Part shown: positions 25,767-38,384 of the stretch, piece by piece
Layout of the letters: every line of letters begins with the position of its first letter
Position numbering within the stretch: the stretch's first letter is position 1
Source of the DNA: Macrostomum lignano
Taxonomy: Eukaryota
Length of the DNA stretch: 64,000 nucleotides
Direction of reading: 5' to 3'
Assembly (NCBI GenBank): GCA_002269645.1
Contig: NIVC01001126.1
Location: 263,687 to 327,686, forward strand
Translations under genes and position numbers: made by a program
Notes under the pieces: model-generated
The model's input: the letters and a program-made list of their open reading frames with translations, nothing else
Database searches by the model: none
What the model was told of the DNA's origin: nothing

Positions 25767-26447
25767 GGATGCCCGTCAAAACAGCTACACAACAAAATGG
25801 CCACACGACAAAACGGCCACATAAAAAAAGGGTTGCAGATCGACTGTTCTATTCGTTATGTTAAGGAAGCTTCGTTATGTTAGGCCCCTAATTATTTGGC
25901 TGTTGCTGTGATCTAATTGCGCTCTACATACTTAAGCCACTCTCCCAAAGGCCCATTCAGGTGAGCAGGTGAGCAGGCAGATCGCAGCTGTTTCTGTTTG
26001 AAGTTTGGCAGAATATCATTTAATGGCAGGTAAGCCAGGGCCATCACCTTTCTGCAGAATCTACGCAATGAGTAAGACACTGCGTAGCTGCATGCAAGGC
26101 CAAGCTGCTGCAGATGGCGATACAGTGCTTGGCAAAAATGGAAGTTGCATCTGTGCAGCATTGCAGTGCTGAGCACAGTACGCGCAGCTACCCAAAATGC
26201 CTGCTCTCTCTCTCTGCAACCATCCACCTTTATTCTTAATTGACCAATGTCTCGGCCCCCATGTATACCACCCCCGATCATTCATCATTTATCTTTCTAC
26301 TTAAATGTACATTCAACCCTCCACTTTTCTTATCTCTTATTATTACAAATTATTACATTGTGTGGCCATTTTGTTGTGTGGCCGTTTTGATGGTATGGCC
26401 GTTTTGTCGTGTGGCCGTTCTGCGTGTGGCCGTTTTGACGGCACCCC
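25767..26447 (-). mobile_element. MULE (Mutator) internal-deletion derivative with a transposase fragment
   Basis: GG...CC termini, repetitive TIRs, 9-bp TSD gtcataggc/gtcatagac. Internal CNFHFCQALYRHLQQLGL...RRFCRKVMALAYLP...EWLKYVERN is the MULE transposase motif. Confidence 0.87.
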
Positions 26448-27699
26448 GTCATAGACAACTTAATTCGGTCTGTCTGCGACAGGGACTTTCTCCTTTATTT
26501 TAGCCACTTTAGCTACTAGGATTCACTTGTACTTAATATATTGTTAGTTTAAGGTCCTTATAAATAATCTTTTAAAATTTATTCTATCAACTTGTATTAT
26601 TTTCCTAGGCAAAGTTATGTAGAAAAATAGTTTATAAGTCTAAGCAAAGGTTTGTAGGCCTATATATGACTAGTTAATATTTGAACAACTTTAAAGTAGC
26701 AACCCTAGGTTAGCCACAATATTAGATATGTGTAACTATCAAGCTAGAAATATACAAGTTTTTTTCAAGACTGCAAATTGGCTAGAAAGATTATGTGATC
26801 AAAGCAGTCAATAAATAGGCCACAGAATGAAACAATTATGAGAGTACTACATCCTTTGAGAGTACAACTGGGAGAGTACATGAGAGTACAACTGGCTTTT
26901 GAAGTAGGGATTGGCAGATTTTTATCTCAAAGGCCAGATAAAGAATCTAGCTAATGGCTATAGGGGCAGATGAGAGTAGAAAGAAAAATTAATAGACAAT
27001 AAGAGAAAGAAGAAGTAAGAGAAAGGATAAGAAAATATTTAGACATTCAGAACTATGGCCATCCATCTTAGTGAGTGAGACTGAGTGGCTATCTTGTCTT
27101 ATACCCCTAGAGGCCTAGATTGCTAGATAGGCCTATACCCGATTATACCATTGAATTTGCCACACAAAAGCTATCAAGTAAATGGCAGGCTTTTTGTCAA
27201 ATTAAGTGCACTAAAAAAGGCAGTCCAGTGAGCCAAAAAATAAAAATGAAAAATAGGCAAAACAAATGTTCTTTATTCTTTAAAACCATAGCCTATCTAT
27301 AAGTAGGCCTATATATCCTCAAAAAAGTTTGAAATAAATATATAGGAAATTGTTCTGAAAACATGCATGGATATCCATCAGTAAACAAACCCACATGGCA
27401 CACACATCATTTCATTTCAGATTATGGACAGATAGAAAGAGACAGTATAGTTTGGAGCATGTGCATACACAAATTATAATCACTTTGGCAACAAGTCACT
27501 TTGGCGACAGTCACTTCAGTGACAGTCACTTTGGCAACAAGTCACTTCCAGGGTGCCCGCACATTTTGAGAAAGTAAAATAAAGGAGGCTATTTGACTGA
27601 TCCCAAAATAAAGGAGATTTAATTTGGTAACGTAACAATGACAGGCAATGTCTATCTAAGGCCTATATAGGCAAACTCTGGCCTTTTGCCTTTGCATCT

Positions 27700-28200
27700 C
27701 TATGTCCTTTGGGTCCTTTAAAACTTCTATCTTTTTTCTGTCTCCTCTCTTCTCTCTCTTATTTTATCTCTTTTCTATTCTTCCCATTCTCCTGTACTCT
27801 TTACTCTTTTCTTTTCACTCTTATTTTGCTCATTTCTATTCTATTTTTCTACTCTTTCCTGTATCCTCTAGGCTCTCTTATCTTTCCTCTTATCTCTCCC
27901 TTCTTCTTTTCTCTTTCCTTTGCTATCCCCTCTATCTCTTCTCTTCTTTTAACTCTTCTTTATTATCTCTTTTCTTTAATCTCTCCTCTTTCATCTGTTT
28001 TTTGCTCTCTCATCTTTACTCACATCTTTCTCCTCTCTCCTCCTCTTCTCTTTTCTTTTATATCCTCTCTCTCTCATCTTATCTCTCCTCTTTTTTCTTG
28101 TCTCTCTTATTTGCCTCTTCCCCTCTTTTGTCCTTGCACTCCTCTTCCTCCTCTTTTTTCTCTCCTTACCCTCCTGTCTATTCTTATATTTTATCTAGAT
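27700..28200. repeat. CT-rich low-complexity tract
   Basis: Near-pure pyrimidine strand; the overlapping ORFs are artefacts. Confidence 0.9.
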
Positions 28201-29639
28201 AAGAATAGGCCTAGGCCTAAATCTAATACATTTAAATTCTTGTTTTTATTAATTGGTAATAAGTATCAACTATCAATACATCAACATAATATTAAGTATT
28301 GGAATGTCAAAAATGGTCATGTTCCTACACTTTTAAATTAAGAAGGCCATCAATAGTACCTCCCCCCCTTTAAAGCAATTTTTCTTTAAATAAAGTCCTA
28401 TTATTTTTATGATTTTCAAATCATATATGCCATAGTATAGATCATGCTGGGTGCATGCCCAAACAAAAATTGATAAGTACAAATGCAAGCCAAAAAATTG
28501 ATAACAATAAATGACATTTTTTACATTGTGAGAATAAACAACCTTTTTTCATTGCATAAAAGACACTTTTAACAGATAATTTGGTTCATTTTTCTGCTTT
28601 TTTGCCAATATTATTTATAGTGGAAAATTGATACATGCAAAGATTTGTTTAAATGAAAAAAGTACAGCAGTAAGTAGTAAGAAGAAAGAAAAGAATAGAA
28701 ATTAATGCCAGGGTTTTTCATTTGAAAATATGAAATGTGGCACTTTGCCACAGGGTTTTACAATTGAACCTAACTTTTGGCTACTATAAGTTTGGCTATA
28801 TAAAGCAATGACTTCAAACTTGACACAATTTTTCTTTGATTTATTTTTCCTCCTATATACTTACACTAAAAATAAAAGTCTTTCTTGCTTGTATATGTGC
28901 AATCAATTTTCTCTCAAATGGCTTAACAGATTTTCATGTGACTGTATATTTGTCTTGGCTAAGAAATTGCTTAATGCTAAAGGGATTAAATATTCAAAAA
29001 CATGCTTTTTTGCAAAGGTCAAGCAAACTTTTTGACTTGAAATGCATTGTAAGAATGCTAGAAAAAAAACTGATTGGTTGAATTCTGATTATGAAATAGA
29101 TTGCATCATAACTGAAATATAGCTCTGACTTGAATTGTGTCACAGTATTGAAAATGTAGTGTGAAGTGTAGCACCAGACTTGATTTAGATTGCATAACCA
29201 TATTGTTAACTGATATTGACTGACTGAGAAATTGATTATATCATAACTGCTTTGTGTGATCTTGCTTGCAAACTCTATGCTTGGAGTTTGGAAAATGTTG
29301 AATTATAAGTTTTGTTTAATTAAAGTTTTTTAATGCCAAGTAAACTAAAAAACTTTTTAAAAAAAGCATTATGTAAAAAAAATCATAGAAGTGTCATGTA
29401 AAAATTATAGAAGCATCATGTAAACAATCATAGAAGCATCATATAAAAATCATAGAAGTGTCACATAAAAATCATAGAAGCATCATGCAACTAATAATAG
29501 AAGCGTCATATAAACAATCATGACGTGACATGACATGTCATGACATACCTCATATAGAAACTAATAAAAGTGTAATTTAAAAAATCATAGAAGCATCATG
29601 GAATAGTAAATGTCATGTCAAAATTAAATAAAGCTATTG

Positions 29640-30640
29640 TGCTCTGATTCTTAGGGAGAATTATTGAGATGTCAAGGCTCACAGAGAATACCTGAAATAT
29701 AAATGATTATGGGGGGTTTCTAAGATGCCAAAGCAAAAGTCAGAAGCTACTTCAAAGTACATGTAGTTTACTCAATTTTTATTATATTCTTTATTGGCTC
29801 GCCACAAGGGGGGCGCTGATAAAAGAAGAGTCATGTAAAAAGAAAAAAAGCACTATGTAGACATAAAAGAAGAGTAATGTTGGAGTTAAAAGATTCATTT
29901 GGGAATTGCTATGATGTCAAGGCTTGGGGGGAATCATTATAGTGCTATGATTCTTAAAGAAGGAATCACTAAAATGTCAAGGCTTAGAGGAGAAGAATTG
30001 CTGAGATTTCAAGGCTTTAGGGTTGGGTTAAAGTTATGTTTAGGTCAGGTTTGGGTTTATGGTTAGGGTTTAGAGGGTTTCAAGGTTGATAGGGGATTTT
30101 TCAGGTTTCAAGTTTTATAGGCGGCATCGCTAAGATGTCAAGGCTTATGGGGAAAATAGCTGAGATATCAAAGCTAAAGTCAGAAGCTACATATAGTTTA
30201 TTAAAAACTTTTTATTATATTATTTGTTGGCTCCTCATAGGGGGGTTGCTGATAGAAAAAAACAATTTAAAAAATAAAAGAAGCTTCATGTCAAAGTTAG
30301 AGATTCATTTGCGAATCCCTACGATGTCAAGGCTTGCAGGGAATCATTATAATGCTGTAGTGCTATAGTGACTCTTGGAGAGAATTACTGAAATGTCAAT
30401 GCTTTAGGGTTAGTGTTAGTCTAGGGTAAGGGTTAGGTTGAGATTTTTTTTATTTCAAGGGGGACATCGCTGAGATGTCAAAGGGAGAGTTGATATTTTA
30501 AGGCTTGTGAAGGGAATTGCTGACATGTCAAGGCTTATAAGAGACTACATGATGGGGCATATTGCAAAGAGACACTATATGTAGTTTATTAAAAAACTTG
30601 TAATGCATTTTTTAGCTCCTTAATGAGGACTGCTAATTGC
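29640..30640. repeat. Old degenerate ~430-bp tandem triplication with scattered ttaggg-like bits
   Basis: Recurrent gagatgtcaaggct and aaagtcagaagctac...tagtttatt blocks at about 29740, 30180 and 30580. Confidence 0.55.
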
Positions 30641-32312
30641 TAGTCTCTGTATAAATGTAATGTCTTAGCTCTATAACTCAATCAGGATAAGCATGTGAAG
30701 TTTGTCTGTTTTTTCTAGTTTTTTTGCTACTCTACTCATTCCCTCATAGCTTTATTTGCACCTCTATAGAAAGGCTTTTAGCCATGATAGTTTAATGAGA
30801 GATTCTAGCCACTGCCTTATTAAGAGTATTTTGTCACACAAACTGGCTTTCTAAGCACTTGACCTAATGCTATAGGATTTGCCCTAAATAGTATCAGTAT
30901 CACCCTGCTACTCTCTGGAGCATGGTGACTCGAGACTTATATTTTTTACCTTGAGGGCCCAATAGAGAATTTAGCTCATGGCTATAGACCAGATGAGAGG
31001 AAAATAAAGGGGATAGAGGAAAACGTTGATAAAACATGAGATAAAACATGAGAAAGAACATAAGAGTTAAAAGGAGAGAGTAAATAAAAGAATAGCAAAA
31101 AGAAGAGATGTGAGAGTAAAGAGAAAAAAGAAAAGAAAGATAAAAGAGCAGATGAGAGAGTATAGAGAAGAGATGAGATGAGAGGAGAGGAAAAAGTAGA
31201 GAGAGGAGAAAACAAATATCAGAGACTAGAATTAAGTAGTGCATGCTTTAGACAGATATTACTTGTCAATCTGTGGCAACCCCAATCAACAAAATCAATG
31301 GTTGCCTCAAATTTTTAAATATAACACAAATTTACTCCAATTTTTTTATTTAACTCTATTCTTACTATTAACAAGTTTTTTTAGTATAGCTTCACATTTT
31401 AATGCATGCAAAAAAGTTCTGGGGATTGGACTTTAGCAGGTTCAAAATCTGCAGGTTTTGGTAGCTTGTATAAAATAAAAATAAATGTTTTCAATGTTTA
31501 CAACTCAAAGCTCAAAAAAGAGGATATGCCAAATTTAAATTTAATGTGTGCCAAAGTGGCACCTAGCCTTCTAATGATTTGTGCCATTTTGGAAAAATTT
31601 AGCAAGGGCACAAATTTGGCACAAAACCCTAAATATAAGAGTGCAAAGATGAGAGATGAGAGATAAGATAATAGATAAGGGAGTATAGACCATGAGAGAA
31701 GATAAGAACAGAGAGGAGATAAAAAGATAAAAAATAAGTGAGTAAAGAGGAAAGAAAATAGGAGAGTCTCTGATGTAATATAGTATAGTATACTCGTATA
31801 GTAGTAAAATTTTGTAGAGGATAGTATTGCATGGTATAATTCAATTCATTATACCATACAAAATTTCATGCAAAAGATATAGCAAAGTTTTTTTCAAGTC
31901 TAAAACATAGTGAAGATAGAAAACAGTATTTTTTGAATAGCACACTTGGGGTAGAAATCTAGCACATTGTATACTTTAACCATACTTGAGCAGGCATGAG
32001 TTATCTGCATTTAACTGCTCTGTTTATCAATTCAATGCACTGTGTCTGGGCCATATACCATAGAAAAATTGAATCGCATATGATTGGCAATTATCTTCAT
32101 ATGAATGCGCAAATTCTTAAATGAAATTCTTAAATGAAAAATATAACCATGTTTTACTAAATAACTTATGTCTTTCTAACCATAACTGGCAAATATCTGA
32201 AACTTAAAGAAGTGTAATTCTCATTTGTTGGCCCATCAATCATAGAATCAAATTTGTAAACTTCGCCAGTAAAATCGAAAATTCACTTCAAAATTGGTTT
32301 TTCAAACTTCAG

Positions 32313-33048
32313 GACGAACCAAGCGAAAAGCTAGGCCAAGATTTAGAGCAGCTGAAGCTGCTAGAAGAATGCCAGTTCGAATCAGAGGAGCCAGAGTCAA
32401 TGCGCATATCGCCATTGGCTAGTGTGGCGCTCTCTGCCAAACTGATGCCACTTTTCCAAGATCGGGTTGATGGCGAATTCTACGTGTTTGATGGCGACTC
32501 TTTACTGATGGAGGCTGCGTCCACAGTGGGGTGGCAATATGGCCAGCAGTTGCATTTGTTCTATCTGGCCGAATCCATTCTGAAACTGCTCAAAGATCAC
32601 GGCGGTGACTGTCAAGTTGTTTACTTTAATAGTTTTCGCAATGATCCACTGATGGATCTGTTTAGGCGCGCTATGCAGTTACACCTTGCCGTCAACTGTT
32701 CAGTGCCTGTGCACACCGACTTGGCCAAGTCTTGCTTCGACCCAGCCTGGCTTCACTATTTGAAGGAGGAGAAGCCTCTGTTCTTTATGCTTCACGACGG
32801 TGTTGGCTATGGCGAATCTGCCGAACAGCGGCACGTGAATTTGGCTTTGTCTAGCCTGGCTCGCAGGGTGCCAGTTGCTTATGTTAGCAGTCTGCAGCAG
32901 AATGACATGAAGCTGCAAGCATCCTATGTACAGTGGATGCCACTGTATGGCAGACTATTTCAAAAGCTATCATGTACAGATCGATCGGCAATGGTCCCTG
33001 AAACTGATGATCATGTTGAAGCTTTAAAGACTGAGGCCGAGTTAATTG
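32313..33048 (+). CDS. DDX60: DDX60-like helicase exon A
   Basis: Acceptor ttcag|GAC, first ATG at 32400. EFYVFDGDSLL...QQLHLFYLAE matches the DDX60 N-terminus. Donor ATTG|gtatgt. Confidence 0.87.
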
Positions 33049-33083
33049 GTATGTTTTTAAATCTCTTTATTAGTTGATTAAGT

Positions 33084-33318
33084 CATACATGCGCAACCCC
33101 CCTGATTTACACTGGCCATGCGACTAACTTTTTGACCAAAAATGCGACTTACCTGTGAAAGAAACCCTAAAGAAAAAATTAACGAAATGTTGGGTAAACG
33201 GCAAGAGTCACTATGACTGTCTTACTAATGCTAAATGCCTCGTCATCTAATTAGTACTACGCCTGTATGTTTTTGGGTGGGTATTTTTACCAGGTCGGCC
33301 AGCAGTTGCGCATGTATG
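33084..33318. mobile_element. MITE, CATAC-type TIR, 8-bp TSD, in the DDX60 intron after exon A
   Basis: catacatgcgcaac...gttgcgcatgtatg with perfect TSD gattaagt. Confidence 0.9.
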
Positions 33319-33389
33319 GATTAAGTGTTTATAAGCTTGTTTATTTGAACTGCTGAGCTAATAACTTTATGATTTTTGTTTCTGTTCAG

Positions 33390-33810
33390 AACCAGGCAGC
33401 CGCCTTAAAGACCACCTCGCTGTTAGAGTTGCTCTCCGAGCTCTAGTTAAAGATACTAACATCGAAAGCAACGACGAAGTTATTGAAAAAGTGAGCCGCT
33501 GGTGCCTGTATTTTGCCTGCATGTCCACCATGACGCTGGACGACCGGCTTCAGCTTGTTGCTGCTACTAAAAGCGCCAATCAAGCCGCTGCTGCAGGCGA
33601 CAAGATAGAGGAGCAAAATTTGCTCTCTTCTTTGCATGAATTGGCCAAGCACCTGCGGCTCGAACTGCTGCCAATGAAGGGTCTCAACGAGTTCGCCGAT
33701 CCAGAGTCTGTCGCCGATCTTATCGACATTTTTGTCTATCGTCGATTTGGTCAAGCCTGGATTAACCAACTGCCCGGTTGGCATCCGCGAGCGCGTGAAA
33801 TTTTGGCTAA
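33390..33810 (+). CDS. DDX60: DDX60-like exon B
   Basis: ttcag|AA and GCTAA|gtaagt; phases 1 and 2 fit both neighbouring exons. Confidence 0.85.
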
Positions 33811-34005
33811 GTAAGTTCAGGCTTCAGTTTTCCGTTTAATTATGCTACAGTTTTTTTGTAATTTTTTAGTACACCTGCCTAAATGAGCAGGTGTGCTTCC
33901 TGCTCAGCCGCAGCTATTGCGCGGCGCATCTGAAGGCTGCGTACGGCCGTTCAGTCCAAGGACTGGGGGGGGGGGTCGCCATACAGCCTCAATAACCCCA
34001 GCTAA

Positions 34006-34078
34006 TGCTGGCACCCATTTTACAGCTGGGTGAACTGAAGCAATGCAGAGTTAAGTGTCTTGCTCAATCAAGGACACA
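34006..34078 (+). mobile_element. SINE core-like fragment
   Basis: gctggcacccattttacagctgggtgaactg...gttaagtgtcttgctcaa..ggacac resembles the conserved central domain of metazoan SINEs (from memory). Confidence 0.55.
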
Positions 34079-34823
34079 AATTGTTCCGAGTAAGTCGGAC
34101 GATAGTGTACGGCCAATATTAAAACGGTTTCTTAGGCTTCCCGGCTGAGTTTTTAACTTTTGTGACCAGCACAGAGAGAGGAGGAGGTCACGGACACGGA
34201 GTATTAACTTGGTGGATTTTTTTATTTATCCACCAATCGCTGCATATTTCTACGACAGCTTTCGGCAAAACTATTTCAGCCTAGGGACTGACAGAACTGA
34301 CCTCTGTAGCTAGCCACGCTATGTCAGCCTAGGACCAGCAAATTCAGCTATGGTCCAACCATACTCCGTAGACACGTGTCTCGAAAAAAAACCAGCTAAC
34401 AAGTGGTGGTTGGTTGAGATTGGATGGCCCTATGCTGAGATAGCTAGGCAATGGGGGTTGTCTGGAAGCGAGAAGACATGGTAATGGCCATAGACACGAG
34501 CGGCGATAGCGGGGGTGTGGGAGTGAAGCCCCCACTTACAACCATAGACTATTTTATCTTACGCTCATAGACTGGTTCGTTTTCTAAAATGATATCCCGG
34601 TAAATTGCTTTATTGTCAATTTCAAACGAATGACCGGTCATTGCTTGAATGTCGTTGCCTTAACGTAAATTACCAGTACCATAGACATTTTGAACAATGG
34701 CTATGTTTTAACCGTGACTATAAAAATAACAGGACGGTAAATAGCTCGAGTCTGTAAATTCTGATTTTTAGTGATGCTACATTAATTAAAATTTTTTTTA
34801 TAACGGCGTTCGCTTTCTTTCAG

Positions 34824-36854
34824 ATACGAAAGCTACGCCTCTAAAATTTGTACCGAGCTGCAAAAGCTGAACAGTGCCGATCAATCGGATGCCTCGCCTC
34901 TATTGTCGCTGTCAATCTCTGAGCAGGCGCTCCCACATGAGCCTGTCATTGAGCAGGCGGCTGAAATGGCGCCGCTTCAGCGTATCGACAATCGTCTGTT
35001 GAAAGAGTTTGCCGGCGAAATTCTTGACAAACTTGGCTCGTCTGGTTGCATATCGTTAACTAACGAGCCTGGACAGAACTCGTCGATGCTATTCGACGAG
35101 CGCTGTCATTGGCACGTTAATCGGGAGCTTCGCGACGATTTAGAAGAGCAAGGCGAGCCTGAGCTGTCTTCTAATCCTATTCTAAGGCAGAGACAGCTGA
35201 AGAGTATTCAGAAGTACAAGAATTACATCAGCATGTACGGCGAGTCGCTGCATGGCGAGACTAGCGAGACTATCGTACTGTCAACCGGTTCTGACGGCGC
35301 GTCCGCTGCATCTGCCGGTGCTAACGAGAAGCCGAAATCTGCTAACCAGCAAAAGCAGAAGCATCAGAAGCAGCCAAAAGGCAAGTCAAAGCCAGTTTCT
35401 AAGGCTGATGCCATCAAAGAAGAGAATTTGCGCGCCAAAGCCGACAAAGATACGAAGAAGCTAAAGGAGCAGTGGAAAAATCTGTTGCCGGGCGTTAAAA
35501 AATTGGAACCGGCTCAGGCTATCGCTGAGGCCACGCGTATGGCGGAGTCCTGCACAGTGCAGGATCGAATTTTCGAGGAGCCGGTACTTTTCGTAATGCG
35601 AGAGCAGTACAAGTTGTGGAAGACCAGCTGTGCTAGTAGTGGAGGCAGCGGTAAGTCTTTCAGCGCCTTGGCAGATCTAGTGCGGACCCTGCACAAGTAC
35701 ACAACCGAGCCGTTGGTTAGCATGATTAGTTCTGAATTGCGCGTCAAGATTGCCGAATTATTTATCATGGTTGGATTTAAAGAGGCTGCCGCTGTCTCTA
35801 GTGTAGACGCGGAGCGCTTAAAACATGTGCAAGTTGAAAAAGAATGCGTCTGTCCACTGAATTATCGCGACTTTCAAATGCAGCACATGGGCCACCTGAT
35901 GCAGAGAAATGTTCGATTCGATCCAGATCCCAGGGTGAAGGGATTCATTCCCGACACCTGGCAGAGAGAACTGCTAGATGTGGTTGACAGGCGCGAGTCT
36001 GCCGTTATTGTTGCTCCAACATCGTCTGGAAAAACATTCTGCTCTTACTACTGCATGAAAAAGGTTCTGGAGATGAGCGACGAGGCTGTCGCTGTTTACG
36101 TAGCGCCAACCAAAGCTTTAGTGAATCAGGTTCAGGCTTCCATTAGTGCCAGGTTTTCTAAGCCAAACCTGACTCCCGGCATGGAGCTATGCGGAGTATT
36201 CACTCGAGACTATAATCACAAAGCCACTAGCTGTCAGATTTTGGTGACAGTGCCGCAGTGCCTTGAACTGCTGTTGCTGAGTCCCAGGCGTCAAGGCTGG
36301 GCTAGCCGTATTCGCTATGTGATCTTTGACGAAGTTCACTGCATCGGCACCGGGATCGGGGGCGTTGTCTGGGAATATCTGCTCTGCCTAATCCGGTGTC
36401 CGTTTCTTGCCCTGTCGGCAACTATCTCTAACAAAGACTATTTTCACGACTGGCTGCAGACCATCAAGCAGTTTGTGCAGGTTCAAGACTCGACTCTTCT
36501 GAAGCAATCTCAGCCGATGCAGCCTAAGAAGCAACAGCGACAGAAAGGTGCCGCTCCTGCTGCTGTAGAAGGTTACAAAGTGAATCTGGTGACCTACTCT
36601 GAGCGCTATTCAGACATTCGCACTTCCGTTTATCTGCCCAAGAGTGAATTTATTGCTGAAGTTAATCCGTGCGCTTTTCTTAGCGACAAACTATTGCGAA
36701 TCAACGGATTCCCAAGGAATTTGAAGCTGTCACCGAAGGAATCTACCGAGGTTTGGTCAGCCGCTTTGCAGTGCTTCACGGACGATCCAGCTGCAGCTAA
36801 GGCTCTGCAGAAATTTAAACCGCAATCGTTTTTTGGCACTGAGCCAATTACTAG
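34824..36854 (+). CDS. DDX60: DDX60-like exon C (DExH helicase domain 1)
   Basis: PDTWQRELLDVVD, APTSSGKT, YVAPTKALVNQV, IFDEVHC, FLALSATISN; ttcag|A and ACTAG|gtaata. Confidence 0.95.
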
Positions 36855-36906
36855 GTAATAATTAATGACCAATCATTTTTTAATGTCTTTAGCCTACCAG
36901 TTAAAG

Positions 36907-37370
36907 CAGGGGTCAGCAAACCCCGGCCCGCCAAGCCTTTCTATCCGGCCCGCTCAAGGTTTGCGTCTCTTCTTAGCTTTCTTCTCCCTTCTCTTCTCCC
37001 TTCTCTTCTCCCTTCTCTCCCTTCTCTTCTCCCTTCTCTCCCTTCTCTTCCTTCTCCCTTCTCTCCCTTCTCCCTTCTCTCCCTTCTCCCTTCTCTCCCC
37101 TCTCCCTTCTCTCCCCTCTATCATCTCCCTTTTCTCTCCTCTCTCTCATCTCTCTTCTCTTTATTCTCTTCTCTCATTTCTCTCTCCCTTCTTTTCTCTC
37201 TACCCTCTCTTCTCTCCTCTTCCCTCTCTCCTCTCTGGTCTCCCTTCTTTCCCTTCTATCCTCTCTCCTGTCTACTCCTCTATTTCCTCTTCTATTTCTC
37301 TTCCTCTGCCTCACAGTCATGCGCCGGATTCTTCATCTGGCCCTTGAGGTAAAAAGTTTGCCAACCCCTG
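36907..37370. mobile_element. hAT/Charlie-like MITE with an internal CT microsatellite expansion
   Basis: caggggtcagcaaac...gtttgccaacccctg; TSD degenerate. Confidence 0.8.
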
Positions 37371-37616
37371 AGTAAGACTCTGAAAAGACAAAAGCATACT
37401 TGAGCAACACGAGGCGATTGGATATTTTCCGTGACAATAGCCAAAATAGCTATTTAAACTCTCATTCTCTCAAATTAAATCTCAGAAGAAAAAAAGAACT
37501 AATATTTTTTTAGGTGCTTCCGATATTTTATAATGACCTCGTGTTGCACCTGTAAGGTTTTGGCCCTAAAATTGTGAAACACTTCCCACCCACCGCTTCA
37601 ATTTAAAAAAACGCAG

Positions 37617-38262
37617 AACGCAATTTCGGGAACTGGAAGTCGGCCTGAAATCGACTGTGTCTGAGCTGCTTCGCCAGAGTCCACATGCCAAGTCTACCCA
37701 GCTGCTAACTACAATTCAGTCAATTGAGGAGCAGCAGAATGTGACTCAACAGTTTGAGTTCCTATCCGACGTTGATCTTATTGAAAAATTTCCCGATCTA
37801 ATCGATCGGCTGCGTTCCGAGGGTCGCTTGCCAGCTTTGGTGTTTATGAACGATCGTAAAGGCATTGAAAACCTTGCCGCGTCGCTTGTCGATCGAGCCA
37901 ATGATCGGATTAAGCAAGCCGTTAATCCTAATCTGCTAGAGCGCATGGAGAAAGCTCGCGAAGCGATGGCCATCGCCGCCAAGCGCAATCGCGACAAAGA
38001 GGATTCGGACGATGAGAATCCAGCCGAGATCGAATTGGAGTCCTACTACAGAGATCGGCTGGAACTGCGCAGCAAAATTCAGGCCTGCGCTTATTTTAAA
38101 CCGCAGGCTGTGCAAGAATCTTTTCTCAACAAAGTGCTGGAGAAGCTGCTTGATGAAGATGTGAAGCATATGCTGGAATTGGGCGTCTGCTATCATCATG
38201 CCGGTTGTTCTTCGAAGCACCGACAAGCTGTTGAGATGCTGTTCCGTAGCGGTCATTTGCAG
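37617..38262 (+). CDS. DDX60: DDX60-like exon D
   Basis: acgcag|A; LPALVF, GVCYHHAG, VEMLFRSGHLQ|gttagt. Confidence 0.93.
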
Positions 38263-38384
38263 GTTAGTTTGGGTTGTTTGCTTCTGTTGTTCAGCTTTGA
38301 GTAGCTGCTTTGTTCCCCTCACCCCACCGGCCCACCTTGTAAGCCGTTATGGAAATCAATCATTTTGCATCAGGTCGCTGAAAT

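Noticed and set aside
30010-30440. TTAGGG-like hexamers as an interstitial telomere
   Set aside because: There are only scattered, imperfect units within a degenerate repeat.
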